Positions 24,570 to 37,814 of a stretch of 64,000 nt of DNA are shown piece after piece. The number at the start of each line of letters is the position of its first letter. Within the stretch, counting starts at the first letter, position 1. The notes beneath the pieces were generated by a model. The model worked only from the letters and a program-made list of their open reading frames with translations, was not told the origin of the DNA and ran no database searches. Where the stretch lies: assembly GCA_002104905.1 (NCBI GenBank), contig MCFE01000491.1, positions 1 through 64,000 of the forward strand. Reading direction: 5' to 3'. The position numbers were made by a program, and so were the translations under genes. The stretch comes from Basidiobolus meristosporus CBS 931.73 (taxonomy: Eukaryota; Fungi; Basidiobolomycota).

Positions 24570-25929
24570 ATGGCTATGTCATTCTATCCATTTGGCCTTT
24601 CTGAAGAGGCTAGACATAAACTTTCTCAGGTGGTTTACCAGATTCGCTCCAGCAATGGCCTCTTCCCCCATGGACAGGTGGCCAATGATCCAGGTGTAGT
24701 TACTACAGTTGTTGTTATTTTACTCGCGATCTCTCTAAGCGTGTTGGTGCTATGCTTCACTTTTCGAGCGGTTTTCCTTGCCTACCAAAATGAAGCCATG
24801 TACATAACAATTGACGAGATCGAGAGCTTTGATGACAGTGAAGAACGGATAGTTCGCACGAAGTACCCATCAGACTGGACTGAAGTGGAGCAACAGAGCT
24901 ATGAATTATCCAGGGCATTTGAGAGTCAGCATCCACCTGGAAGCCATAACGCTGAGATTACCCAGGAACAGGAGAGAATCATTGCCGAGAGAGGAGTGGC
25001 AGCTTGGGAATTGGAGGCTGGTGAAGAGGTAAATGTGATAGTGGAGGATCGAACCGAAATCTCATTTCACGGTGGCGAGTTTTGTGTTCAAACCAACCTC
25101 CCTCTACCCTTCCGGGAAACTGTTTGCTACTTCGAAGTGAAGCTATTCGACAAACCCGATGATACACTGATTGCTATAGGTCTGGCCACCAAGCCGTTCC
25201 CGTCATGGAGAATGCCAGGTTTGTGAATGCTCGTTGGCCAAGGGCCGCTGATACCACCGAGAACAATGCGAAACTCACCCCGAATTGAATTTGGATTTAG
25301 GCAAGAGTCGTCACTCTGTGGGTTACCATTCCAATGGGCGGAAGTACTGCAACGATCCTTTCGAAGGAAAGCCCTTCGGATCCGCCTTTCAGAAGGGGGA
25401 CGTGATTGGTTGTGGGTACCGCGCACAAACCGGGACTGTCTTCTTTACCCGGAATGGAATCAAAGTTGACTCGGCAGTTACAAATGCTCACTACAATTTC
25501 TATCCAACAATTGGATCGAATGGGCCCTGCGTACTTCATGTGAACTTTGGCCAAATGGGCTTCGTATATATAGAGGGGAACGTCAAGAAATGGGGATTGG
25601 CACCAATCGACGGGAACTTCCAAGCACCCCCAGCCTACGGGTCCATCCGAGAATCCATGCTATTGGCTTCTGAAGGCAACATACCAGAAGAGGAGTTGAG
25701 CCTACTTCAGCTCACCATGGTGCCGAAAGAAACCGACAGACCGGAGGAACTGACTGTCCCTATGGAGGAGTCTGCCCCCATTAATTCTGAACCAGGGGTG
25801 ATCAGCCGGATGCGAGAGTGGCGGGTGCCCGTCAATTTTCCTTGGGAGTTTATTCTGCCACCACCATATGCATTAATCGAAAGTGCAGCCTGGGAGGAGT
25901 CCACTCCAATCGAGGTATCTCAGCATTGA
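24570..25929 (+). CDS. SSH4: Ssh4-like membrane-anchored SPRY (B30.2) domain protein, 2 exons
   Basis: Single N-terminal TM segment, then CVQTNLPLP, YFEVKL, IGLATKPFPSWRMPG|KSRHSVGYHSNG, GDVIGCGYR..GTVFFTRNG and VNFGQMGFVYIEGNVKKWGLAP. Intron about 25219-25299. Confidence 0.85.
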
Positions 25930-27906
25930 TCGACTCTTGGCCGTCGCATCACGCTCTCGATAAATAGGAGAATTTGCAGAACCGATGTCACATAGTTGTA
26001 AAAGCCCATCGTTAGATATACGCAGAATCCCTTCAGCATCCTCAATCCCAATCTCATCCTCTATTCTTTCTATACATAAAGCTCGTAAATACATAATCTA
26101 CATCTGGCTCACTAACCAAGCGCTACACAAAGGTCATGCACCCACGCTTCTCGTCGGGATATTGCATGCATGCGGAAGAATCAGGGAAGGCGATTTTCTA
26201 CCCTGTTATCAGATATACATGGATGATTGGAATTGACAATCTGGCATTCCGCGAAATCTCACTGCTGGTCAGCTCAGCAGCACCAGATTTATCCAGATGG
26301 ATGGCGAGCACACGCATCTACTCCTAGGATCCCAAAATTCGCCAATCCGACGCACTCGGCTGGAGCTCAGAACAGGTTTTCCCGTGTGGTTGCTACCGTT
26401 GCTGGTATTGGGACATGATTAACTTCTCTGAAGCGGAGGATAGTTTCAGATCATCTTATCTAGAATCTCCTCATTGCTTTATTTGGGCAACGGCAGCAGC
26501 CTCACCCTGCTCCAGCGGAATATTTGGAGGCCCAGAAGCGGCATTTGCTATTTAGATATATTGGATGATAAATTACAGTTGAAGATACATGGCCCTAGTC
26601 GTGAGCGATTGTGCGCTATCTCAATCTCGCCTTTCTGGACCAGCGTGGCCCCTCCCGGGAGAGCTAAGCCGCAACATGACCACCATCTGGGCATTGGTGC
26701 ACTCTTCAGTCCTTGTCCCCCTTGCGCTTGGAACAAATCATCTGAGCAACAGGTCAGTAGGCCGACTTGGATCCAAAGCGTAGCAGGGATTCGCTGGCAA
26801 CGTGCTGGCCGCCGTAATACCATTTCCCATTTTCAACTGAATAATATCCGAGTCGACACTACGCTACGAGCGATCAACCAATCAGCCGTGATCCCTCTCT
26901 ACGTTTCACTAGGAATCTTGGAGATGAAATACCGGACGCCGACGATGATTGGTGGAGTCGCATTTGAGGTAATCTGCCAAATAAAACCTAAACTAGCTTT
27001 GGGTGAAAGGATTCCTGCTTAGCTATGGGCAGTAATGATGGCACACCTTACAGATGTGCGAATTCTTGTCCTCCGTCTGCACTCAAAAAACGGCAGCAAG
27101 CGAGGGTTTGGAAACATGGGCGGGCCTTGCCAACCAATGGTAAGCCAGCTGAGCGGCCTTCGCAAATACGGTGGAATATCACGGGCCGGATATTTTGGGT
27201 TGGACTGTCGCAATCAGGTTGAGCTATTCTCATCCGCATGCCTTTGCCAATCGTCGATGTATTTGATCCTGGTTGTGGTTTGAATTCTGCATTGCCCATA
27301 TTGTGTGCGTTTGGCGTAGCGCGTTTCCTATGTATGACAGCTGAATGAGCATTCCCTCTCGGCTATAGTGATGATGAGTGATGCTAGGTTAATACTCCAC
27401 AGGGAGTGGTATGCGCGAGACGAAGGAAAAACTAAATGCATCTTTGATTTTATGAAACCAGCAAACAGGAATTTCTTAGGTAACGTGTCGCCGTTTGTCT
27501 CTAAAACGTGAATGGAAACTGGTTTCTCGTGCCGTCGATGCCCATAATTATCAAATGAACTAATGAGTACTCATTTGGCAGAGTCGTGATCTCGTTCATG
27601 AGGCTCATTATATTACTCGTCGAGTCGGTATTCTATATAATAATGCTATCCTAAACCTTTGACCGAGATTCTCTTGATTACATACCCACTTTACGAAGTC
27701 AGGGAGTGTTTTTTACTTTTCACGCTTCCCATGCCCCTCAATCCGAAATATATTGGCTCTCTCTAAAGCGGATATAAGTCCTCACTAGTCCAAAACACAC
27801 TCCGATTTTGTCGAATCCCTCACTATACATAGCCCCAACAAAGATCAGAAGTGTCTCTTCCCTATCATATTTTCGACAATCCTCTCCCAAAGGTTCCATT
27901 CCATAT

Positions 27907-29220
27907 ATGTCCAGTACTATAACTTATACCCCCGTCCAGCTAGATGTTCTTCAGTACATGACCAAAGTCACAGCCACACTAAGCATTGTGGGGTCTTTGA
28001 CGAGTATTTTTGTGAGCATTGGATTTTTTTTCTGAGCAGCGGGTTTTGCACCTGTACTAAAACGTAGTGTTGAACATGTAGGCCTTTCTCTTTTGGAAAC
28101 GTTTCCAGACGGCAACCGCACGGCTGGTGTTTTTTATGGCCATTTCTGATTTGATGTCAGTCATTTCCAGATTCATCGGAAGGTTTGTTTCGTCTGTGTG
28201 CTTGAGTTGTCTCTTCGGTGTCTAACACGCGTCGCTGGTGCGTTGCTAGGTGGGGCATTATGGCTGGCTCTGAAAGTTTTCTTTGTCAGTTTCAAGCAGG
28301 CGCCATGCAATGGGGCGATATATCATCCATTCTTTGGACTGCGATGATATCGTTGAACTTAGTCTTCATCCTCTTTATGGAGCTAAGCCTTGAGGATGTA
28401 TTGAAGTTTGAGAAGTATTACGTGGCTGTTTGCTATTCAGTAGGAGTAGTGATGGCCATTGTACCTTTGTTCATCGATGGTGGTAATGGCCAGAATCTGT
28501 ACGGCGATGCTACCATTTGGTCAGTATACCCGTTCACTTCGATCAGCCTGATCTTTCATATTGACAACGATCATTAGGTGCTGGATCACAGGCTCTCATC
28601 CATATCACCAATTGGCTTTCTTATTCTTGCCACTATGGACCATCTTTGTCTTCAATGCGGTAATCTACCTTTGGGTTGGACGTCTTATATGGCAGAAGGC
28701 TAGGAGTATCACTGGGTAAGTGATAGATGAAGTCCCATTATTTGTGGTCTAGACCCGTATTGAAACACCATCTTTAAAGATCGAGCTTGAGCCACTACAA
28801 GTATGTTTACGGCAAGAATGTTTCCTTATATCTGCTTGCATTTCTGATTGTCTGGTAAGTCAACGTTTCTGCCAAGAGAGGTCAACCCCCATGCTAACTC
28901 CCTACATCGGATTGGGCAGGACCCCTGGCACATTGAACCGGATATACTTCATGGTTAATGGCAAATCTTTCTATCCGTTTACGCTATTACAGTCGCTATT
29001 CTCACCATTAAGGGGGTTTATCAATTTCGCTGCATACTTCTATCTCTCATTGTTCATGCAAGTCAAGGAAGAGGAGCGGCGAAGTCGTTCTAACGGTAAT
29101 GGATTCCCAAAGCAATCAATACCAAGATCTGACGATACCATAGACACTACATTAACACCAAATTATACTAATGAGGAAAGCTTCAAGCGCATAACACTTA
29201 GTGGAGATTCACTGTATTGA
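27907..29220 (+). CDS. cAMP-receptor-like (CAR/class E-type) 7TM GPCR, multi-exon
   Basis: TATLSIVGS, ARLVFFMAISDL, LCQFQAGAMQW..SSILWTAMISLNL, FEKYY, YGDATIW|CWI, YLLAFLIVW|TPGTLNRIY and LQSLFSPLRGFINFAAY, with seven hydrophobic segments. Confidence 0.85.
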
Positions 29221-30545
29221 TCCTGGGATCGACTTAATAACAACCTCAGAGACCCTGTTCGTTACATTTTTTCGTATGATACCATCTTAGACACTCCACA
29301 TCTCCGAAAGCCCCTCTTACCAGAATCGATTTGTGGCTCATTCTCAAACTATTTGCTCGATTCCACAGGTCGAAACGGTCTTTGGCTGCACCTAAAGATC
29401 AGGGAGCGCGGAGCTCATACAGCCCTAGGCTTTCATATGTTCTCTAAGAGGGAATTGTCACATTTGCTTTGCCATAAATGTTCATACACTTATTTCCACT
29501 CTGTCCAATGTCCATACAAAATCCGCACGGCCCTTTCAATAACTCTGCAGCTCCACATAACGAGCATTGCAGATACTTTGGGCCACCCGAACCATAGAAT
29601 AGCATCAGTAGTAATAAATACGTTGAGCAGTCTCTATTGTATCAGTCTGGATTTCAACTCCTCCGCTTCGTATGTACCGAACACAATTTAGGCACGAAGC
29701 GCCGCCATTGCATCCGTAAGAAGCATAGGTCATATATGCACAGATGAAGCCACGAGTTGAAAACGAGTGGCGTTGGTATCAGATTGAGTTTTATATGGTG
29801 TCTATTTTGGTGGCTGTCCAAGCTTAATTGCCACCGTACCACATGTTGGTGTGTGAGTGATCTGGTAGTCACAAAGTAATTCTCCCATTTGCCCACCTCC
29901 ATCATGAATGGTCTGGGCCCATGACACGTAAGGGATAATGTGACAAGCACTGGTGATTCAGTTGTCATCACCTCAACGGATTTAAGAATTGTTCATTGCG
30001 GACCACATGGGCAACGATAAACCTGATGCACGTGAAGGACTAGCATATGTTCTCTGGCATTCACATGCTCGCAAACATATATTCCTGATACAGGGTTCTC
30101 GAAGTGATGGCAGTTATGGCGCCATAGGTTTTGGAGCGATACCAGCTAAGTGCACTGGATGACCTGGAAATATGCATAATATATCCCCCCCCCAGGTGTA
30201 TATTACTAATGAATGCGAATAGCCTCATATTTGGGGTAGTATTGATACCAATTGCCTCTTTTTAGGGAAGGTTTATTCTCGTATAGGGGAATAATATTAG
30301 CAAACAAGTAATCTATACCAGGGTTGGTTTAATTGATACCAAATCGAGGAGGGCAACCTTGACACTGTCAGATAACAATGCTATTTGGATTGATTTGGCC
30401 AAGGTTACAAATTCGCGTGTTTATTGTGCCAAAATTTCTGTACAGAGGATTGGTTGATATTGTCGATCTATCATGGAGTCATGAATGTGCTCTCCAAATC
30501 AAACTTGCTTGAGCACTCACTGCCCATATCCAGAGGATGGCCAGC

Positions 30546-31604
30546 TCATAAAAGCTTTTTGATTTCTTCGACTTCTTCCTCAGGCTTCCCTTCGCTATAC
30601 CTAAATGAGTCCGAGAGCAAGCTGTCTTCATCAAAATATTTGAACGCGAACATCCTTGAAAACATCCTAACAGCACTGTTGGAGAAGCTCTTATCGAGGC
30701 AGGAGTTGAGATAATACTGCCGAGTCATTTTCTGACGAAATGAATACCATGCGGAGTGGAGGGCTGGATCAAGGCAAAAAACCATGGCATTGAGCAAGCC
30801 TTGTGAGGCATCGCATATTTGCGTTGTTTGCGGACTCCAAGGAGGAATGTTTTCACCTTTCTGGATGAATACAAACCCAATGACAAATACAATCGGAAAC
30901 CTCACTAGTACGATTACGATAGGATAGCAGATAATTCTAACTACCATTAGGTTTATCATTCGTTGCTGGCGCATTGCTCTTTTTGAGGCCTCAATGTTTC
31001 CAACACTGCTGTAGGACTCTTGCTTGAAATATGTTCTCTGTCTGAATAAGTGTATCATAACCAAAAGAAGTGTTATGGTGCAGAACACCACACAAGACAA
31101 CGAAGGTAGAACATAGGTCATCAATTGCCATATTCGTGCTTTCGTGCTTTTTTCGTCGATATACCAACATGTATGGGCAACAGGATCGGCACCAATAACT
31201 CCAAAAGCTGCAGGGAGAGTGGATAAGGTGAATGCCATAAAGAAAACGGTTAAAAAATAGGTGCGCTCTAAATTAGCTGCGTTTCGTCTACCCTGAACAA
31301 ATATCAAGTACAGGTTCAAGACGATGGCAATATTTAGGAAACAAAACGAGTTGAAAGTGAACAGATAGATCCACATACAAAATGTGGATACCCATCCCAC
31401 TTCTTGGTAGTTCGCCCAGATACTCGCCGTGGTGAACAAAGCATCGAGTATCAGCATGGCCAACGTTAAGCGTATGCTCACGCGGTCTACGGCCTCCTTG
31501 TTATAAATCCAGATAACTACAATTACCGTTGCAACAAAAAGAGAGGAAGCAATAGAAATTGCGCAGAGTATATCATGAACCTTGTTGTAGGTATGAAATT
31601 CCAT
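30546..31604 (-). CDS. 7TM GPCR-like protein (Git3/CAR-related), intronless, 352 aa
   Basis: Seven hydrophobic segments with DRVSIRL, IVLNLYLIFV, TCWY, ICYPIV and SQGLLNAMVFCLDPAL. Confidence 0.8.
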   Translation of the reverse strand: MEFHTYNKVHDILCAISIASSLFVATVIVVIWIYNKEAVDRVSIRLTLAMLILDALFTTASIWANYQEVGWVSTFCMWIYLFTFNSFCFLNIAIVLNLYLIFVQGRRNAANLERTYFLTVFFMAFTLSTLPAAFGVIGADPVAHTCWYIDEKSTKARIWQLMTYVLPSLSCVVFCTITLLLVMIHLFRQRTYFKQESYSSVGNIEASKRAMRQQRMINLMVVRIICYPIVIVLVRFPIVFVIGFVFIQKGENIPPWSPQTTQICDASQGLLNAMVFCLDPALHSAWYSFRQKMTRQYYLNSCLDKSFSNSAVRMFSRMFAFKYFDEDSLLSDSFRYSEGKPEEEVEEIKKLL

Positions 31605-32828
31605 GATCTTGGGTCAAAAAAAGGGAGCAGTGAAGATATGTAATGGCTGGGGATTTTTGTAAGACTTTCCGAACTCGCTTTCAATTCCCAAAGCTCTGAG
31701 CTATATATCCAAAGCAAGGCCATCTTTTGTACCCCAAGGAACCCAACCCCTTCCGATCCCTTGATCCAATAGGTATTCTTCCCAGCAAGGTTGGAGTAAG
31801 ACTGCAGCCACTGATTGCATCACTGATGTTGTGGGCTAAAGGATGGAGCCATATTTTACCTGAAACCTACCCTTCCAAAGGCTCAACAATTCTCAACCAT
31901 GAGTAGCTACGGATCCCATCAGTATTCCGGTAGAGATGCATTACGGAATGATCGCTCCATGGTTTTTCTGACAAGTTGTTTTGTATTGGAGAAGCCCCAC
32001 ATCCCAATCTAGGATAATTCTGGCGTTCTCCCTATGATATACATGCACATGCAACTGCGCAGTCAGTGTTAGTTCGAGAGGTGGGAGGCTAAATCTGGAA
32101 AGGTAATGATTGTAGATGGTCTATCTGCAGTCATTTCAATGTAAATACAGTCTTAGAGATCTCCTCAGCCCACAGCAACGAACTACGGATTGAATTCATT
32201 TGCAGATCTTTTAGTCTATGACGATCAGCTGTCATAATAGAGCACTGGCTCATTTACCAGATTCGTAGATGGATCTTTATGTTTCGCATGTTCTATGTAA
32301 GAGCACTTACCATTTTAAGCTGTCGGATATATATTATAGCTTGAAGATGGCGATATACACATATCTCGGCCCGTTTAGCATTGAGCTACGGGTTCAAACA
32401 AGCGTACCCCTTTACTGGTCTTTCAACATTGGAGCCACCACCGTGATTGTTGGTAGCATGTATGAAAAGCCCACTAAGTGATCATGAGATTTCTTCCACT
32501 GTAGGGTTCGTAGCAATCAACAACTATAATAAACATGGTTTATTCATTTATTTGACCAACACCACGGTTTGCTCGGAATAGGTGAATACCGCCTTTCTTT
32601 GATTGGTTGGCCCGAAACTGGAGTTGTATAGCGTGCTAATGTTGATATGAAGTAAGCCTGGTCTCGCGGAACCATATGAATAGGTACGTAAACTGCTGCT
32701 CACCTCACCATGCTAGTTACTGATCATGACTCCACGAATGAATGAGAATTCCTGGTTGCGCATCGCCCATACTTCCAATTGTTTATTTAATTTTCTCTGA
32801 TATACAAAATATTGCCGTTGCTAGCATG

Positions 32829-34616
32829 TCACACAACAGTGGTACCTTTGGCGATCCTATGGTAACGGAAAGTAAATGTTATAGCAGCCAGTACCACCAT
32901 AGCGAAAGAAATAATCGCTGGGATGTGGAATTGATTAGGATCACTCCATATCATAGTTAACAGGAATTGCCCCAAATCAAATACATTCGTCAAGGAATAC
33001 TGCCAACCGTTGATTAACCCTGCCTGTGCATTATCCACTCTTTCCTGCATGATTTGGGTTTGGCTGAGATCAAACACCCATACCCCCAGACGAGACAACG
33101 ATATTCCACCTGTGGTGCAACATTAAGCCGATTAGTATGAACAGGAGCCATCAAAGCTAAACACTTGAATATTACCAAATAGCAGAATGGCAGAGAGAAG
33201 ATTCTGAGGTAGGAAGAAAGATATAATGACTGGAATCAGAGTGATTACTTCTATCCAGATTGAAGCTTTGGCCGTTCGGTAAACGCCAAGGAAATGCTTC
33301 ATGATGGGCATCACGAAGGTACCAATCAGGGCCAAAACAGCCATCAAGCTACGCATGACACTGATTAAAGATTCTGGATATCCTTTCCACGACAAGTATG
33401 ACACCATGGTTCCAGCAATGCTTAATACAGACATATATATCATGGCATATGAAAGAGAGGCTAATGGTCAAAAAAGATGCTTTAGAAAACAGATCCGACA
33501 TTGCATACGACTTGAGAATATTGTTGAATACTCACAAGCAAAAACCGGATGGTTGATATAGCTCAGCCAGCCTTGATAAAATCGAGATAGCACCGGGATC
33601 GTAGCAACAGTCTCTTCTTTCTCAGCATTGTGTTCCTGGGAGACTTTACTATAAGCCAATTCCGGAACAAGCGTATACACCTGCTTGATAATGAGAAGCT
33701 CGGGCACTGCGGAGGCAAGACTCCAGAAGCCAACAAATACTACACAGAATACGTTTCCTTGTGATGACGATAGAAATCCAAAAAACAGCGGTGTTACAAT
33801 TTTACTGATGAGATCTATACGGCGCATATTGGTATTGACAGCTATTTTCCTCGGTTAGGATTCGGCCATGATGCTTGGCAAGATGAAAACTGATGGTCCA
33901 CTTACTCGTCAATGCTGATGAGTCACTTTTTGTTAGGATTACAATCCAATCCTACAATGCACAGTTAGGTTACATGCGGACGTGGATGAATTTTACAAAA
34001 TACTCACCCTATCAACAGCAATGGACAGACTTATAGTTGCCACTTTAAGTACGCAAGCAAAGAACACAATGGCCCCAAAGACGCCATAGATTGTGCTCCT
34101 CTCTGAACCCACGGAGAAATCGTATCTACTAAGAAACCAAAACCCTAGGCACATGAGACCAATGCTCATTCTCTTCGTAGGGATTGCGATAGCGACAGCT
34201 GTGAGTATAGTGGAAGGTGTGAGATAAGGTTCACAACGATACGACGTGCGTTCTTACCTGTACGTCGAGAGACATAATCCACCCATTTACCAACCCAGCT
34301 GCTTAGCACAATCCCGACTCCAGTTAATGCGAAGCCATACACAGATGAGGGTAGCAAAGTGTCTTTAAAAACATGCATGATGAACAGATAGGATCCAAAC
34401 TCGTATAAGCGGTCACACCAGGTACTAAAATACACAGACGAATCAGCGCTGATCTCGTTGGAAGGCGAGAAGGAAGGCTACGTACTTGAATAGCTGGAAG
34501 GCGAAGAGCCAAAGGTAAATCTTTGGAGGATATCGAAGCAACTTCTTTGGACTATGATTGACATGGGAACAATCAATGTCTTTCTCGGCTTCGTGATTGT
34601 GGATTTTCTCAAGCAT
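32829..34616 (-). CDS. Ferroportin-family (SLC40/FPN1) metal exporter, multi-exon
   Basis: TWCDRLYEFG, YGFALTGVGIVLSSWVGKWVD, MRRIDLISKIVTPLFFG, YMSVLSIAGTMVSYL, SRLGVWVFDLSQTQIMQE and FDLGQFLLTMIWSDPNQF, all ferroportin signatures. Confidence 0.9.
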
Positions 34617-35830
34617 TTGCAGAGACTACGGGACAGAAAGCTCTGCTGCGTATTTATACTCTCAAAACCTACAACCTTCTAGATGTTGATGGGACTCATT
34701 GTGCATAATCATATATGAAATCTGGAGTTACAATGGGTACCCTATAGTAAAACAACATCCAGTATACCACGAAGCCCGGGATCGATTTTATCATGGTAAT
34801 ACCAGCACTGTATGCCTAAAACACAACGTCTTCGACCAAAAGATCCATGCTAATCGTTGTTTTAACGTGAGATAGATTAGATGGGTGAGAGATTCTGCCC
34901 TAATTTAGAAGTAGCGAAAACATATCTGGGGTGAGGTCAAAGGAGCCTTTCTATCGAATTTCTTCACACCATTACCAGTTCTCTTCTTTTGGTTGTACGG
35001 AGTACTACTAACCTCTCAAACTGCCCACTCTATATCGGATCAAGCTTACATTCCATCCCAAAATGTTGATCTACCTGGACGGTTCAGTTTAGAGAAACTT
35101 GTGTAACGTGCTAACATATTTAGAGTTTATACTTCATTCCAACAGAACAAGCTTTACCATTGTGGGAAAATTTGATGATCCGCCTGGTTCTTTTTGCCGG
35201 AGTTGTACCTAGGCCCCTCTTGCCTATCAGCTTCTAGCTTCGTGAATTTGTGGTATTGCGTCAAGATTGCTGGCAATGCCTATGTTTAGGGCCTACACCA
35301 CCTGAAGCCACCGGTCCCTTTGAGTAGCTCATGGGGATAGTGAAGCCAATAGTTGGACATGATTTACCGGTGTTGCCATTTCTACTGTAACCTGCATGCA
35401 CTGTGCCTTTGTATTGGTAACAGGATGCATCTCGTCCATCTAAATCATACTGCTCAATATAGTAACAAGGCTACAGCTTCGATAGTCTTGAACATACGAT
35501 CCATACATCATGAAACGCGTACTTGCTTCCGGATATCGCATTTACTTCCATGATGACAGCCCAAAAGCTCAGAAAAAACTCCAAGGATCGAGTGTTCAAC
35601 TAGTACATCACTCTTTATTATATCAAGAAGAAACAATTGGGAAAGAGTTTTCAAACTATACACTATTTGTTTTTATATCTGGAGTGAAATACTCCAAAAG
35701 AAATGCAAAACCAATGAAAATAAAAACGTGGTGTATAATAAATGACTAGTGTACTAGAATGTTTGGAGAAGGATGTGATAAATGATGCTTATGAAAAATG
35801 TACGATGATATGCGTAGGAGACATATGAGA

Positions 35831-36549
35831 TTAATCTCTATCTTGAACAACGCCAACCTGAGCAGCACGCAATACTCTACCACGGAGTAGGTAACCAACC
35901 TTCTCTACAGAAATAATGGTGCCGGGCTCTTTGTCAGGCATAGGAACTTGGTACAAGGCTTGATGAACATTAGGATCAAACTTTTGACCAGCTGGGTTAT
36001 CTTGAACAACCCCATGACGGTTCAAAGCCTTCACCAGCTCAGCTTCAGTCATGGAAACACCAGTGTAGAGGTTCTTGAGGTGATCGTTCTCGCCACGAGC
36101 TTGCTCAGGGACAGCCTTGAGAGCCATGTTTAGGATATCGACAGTGTTGAGGAGATCCTTGGCAAACTTTGTAATGGCAAACTGCGAGGCTTGCTCGATT
36201 TCCTTACGAGTGCGGTTGCGAACGTTTTCCATTTCGGCAAGGCAACGAAGATAAGCATCCTAACAAACCAGTTACGATTAGGAGAATTCTTTGAAAGAAC
36301 GTTTATGCAATCTGGTTTTACCTTAATCTCAGCTAGCTTCTTCTCTTTATCTTCTTCGGTGGCTTCAGTCTTAGATTCTTCAGTGGCAGGAGTTTCAGTC
36401 TTTTCGGTCTTTTCCTCGTCTTGCTTATCAGAGTAGAAGCGGACGCCAGTCTGGCCGAGACGAATAGAGCTAGCCTTGGTGGCAGGTCGGACAGCGGACA
36501 GGAGGCCAAAATTGGATTTGACGATGGAAGCGACGCGAAGAGAAGACAT
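35831..36549 (-). CDS. MGE1: Mitochondrial GrpE nucleotide exchange factor, 2 exons
   Basis: Presequence MSSLRVAS.., then AEMENVRNRTRKE..FAITKFAKDLL, FDPNVHQALYQVP and GYLLRGRVLRAAQVGV. Confidence 0.95.
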
Positions 36550-37814
36550 TACAGTATTTGAAGGAAGGATATTTAGTTCACGTCGAAAATTTAGTTCAAA
36601 TAGATAAAATTCCACATAGGTAGAGCCGTGTATAGTAAAAATTTTTTATTTCATCTCAATCTTTTTCAGATCAGCCTCACGATTGGCTCGAAACCAGGTC
36701 CGTTCAGATACTCTTGCCAAATAAGATCCCTAACAAACGGTTGTGCCTTTTTACTAGCTCCTTGACTCCGCTATTGTTCGTTGCTGGACCAATTGGGTGA
36801 CACCAATTAAGTGCTGCGGCTTGTAGAATCGAAAGTATGTTCCATTTAAGCCCCTAGAATTGATGAGAACCAGATGTGTTGGAAGTAGTGGTGAACGCAG
36901 CCATTATACGTATCTAGAAGTCGATATGAAACTGAAAGGATCCAATTTCGTTGACCAGTGTGGAGGGTGCCTACGAATCAAAAGCGGGGAAACTGGCTTA
37001 GTATATCAATGGAGCAGCAACGGATCTATTGGAATTATCAATGTATCAATTTGGATAAATGCACTTCGTAACCACTGTTCTTTGTTATCAAATAGAGCGA
37101 CACTAAGTCGTGTATCTGACAGGAGGCGTGGGCAGCCGTTTGACGGCACCCATGGGAAGCACAGAGTACAGGCACCATACAGGCACCATACAGGCACCAA
37201 CAAAACACCCCAGTGCAGAATCAGACCCTCAATTTTAGAACCACGTAGTACATATTGGTGCGGAAAAAGACGGGTTTTAGAGGAATCGACAAATGGTATA
37301 GACATGAGGTGAAAAGGTCGAATCACTTGGTCTACAGTCATTCTATAAACAAGTAGCCTGTAATTAGTGTAGCACTTAGTGTAGCTGAGAATTGAAAGCT
37401 CAAATAATTGACAATCATCGTGTTCACCATTGCACTTCTTATGCGTCTTTACCTAAATAAGGGTTAGGGTTAGTCTGGTAGTTTAAGCGGCACGTCTTTT
37501 ATATGAATCTTTGCTATTCTGGGCTTCTAAGCATTATATAGCTTCCATACCCATAGCGTGATTAAGTTAATTAATCTCAGAACAAAACTACATGGTCGCC
37601 CTCCACTTCTATGCTGATTCCTGAATCCAACATTTGCAGTTAGCTCTTTGAGTCGACTTAAGATCAATTTATCGCACGGTATAGCCCGATCAGCTGAAAA
37701 AAGTACACAACAGTTTAATACACTTTTTAATTGGATGGTGGTTTGTTTATAGCTCTAGCTCTCCAGCCTTCGAATTTCTGTGTATTCCTCAGTGAGTGAA
37801 GGGTGTATGCTACA

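Noticed and set aside
25990-27300. Cluster of overlapping ORFs, including a possible spliced gene starting MGNAEFK at 27299
   Set aside because: The GC content is gene-like, but no family match or coherent exon model was found. RNA-seq is needed.
29350-30180. Short ORFs between the two GPCR genes
   Set aside because: No recognisable product.
37461-37473. GGGTTAGGGTTAG interstitial telomeric tract (also GGCTAGGGCTAGGGTTAG at 22541)
   Set aside because: Only about two units with no associated element, which is compatible with chance.
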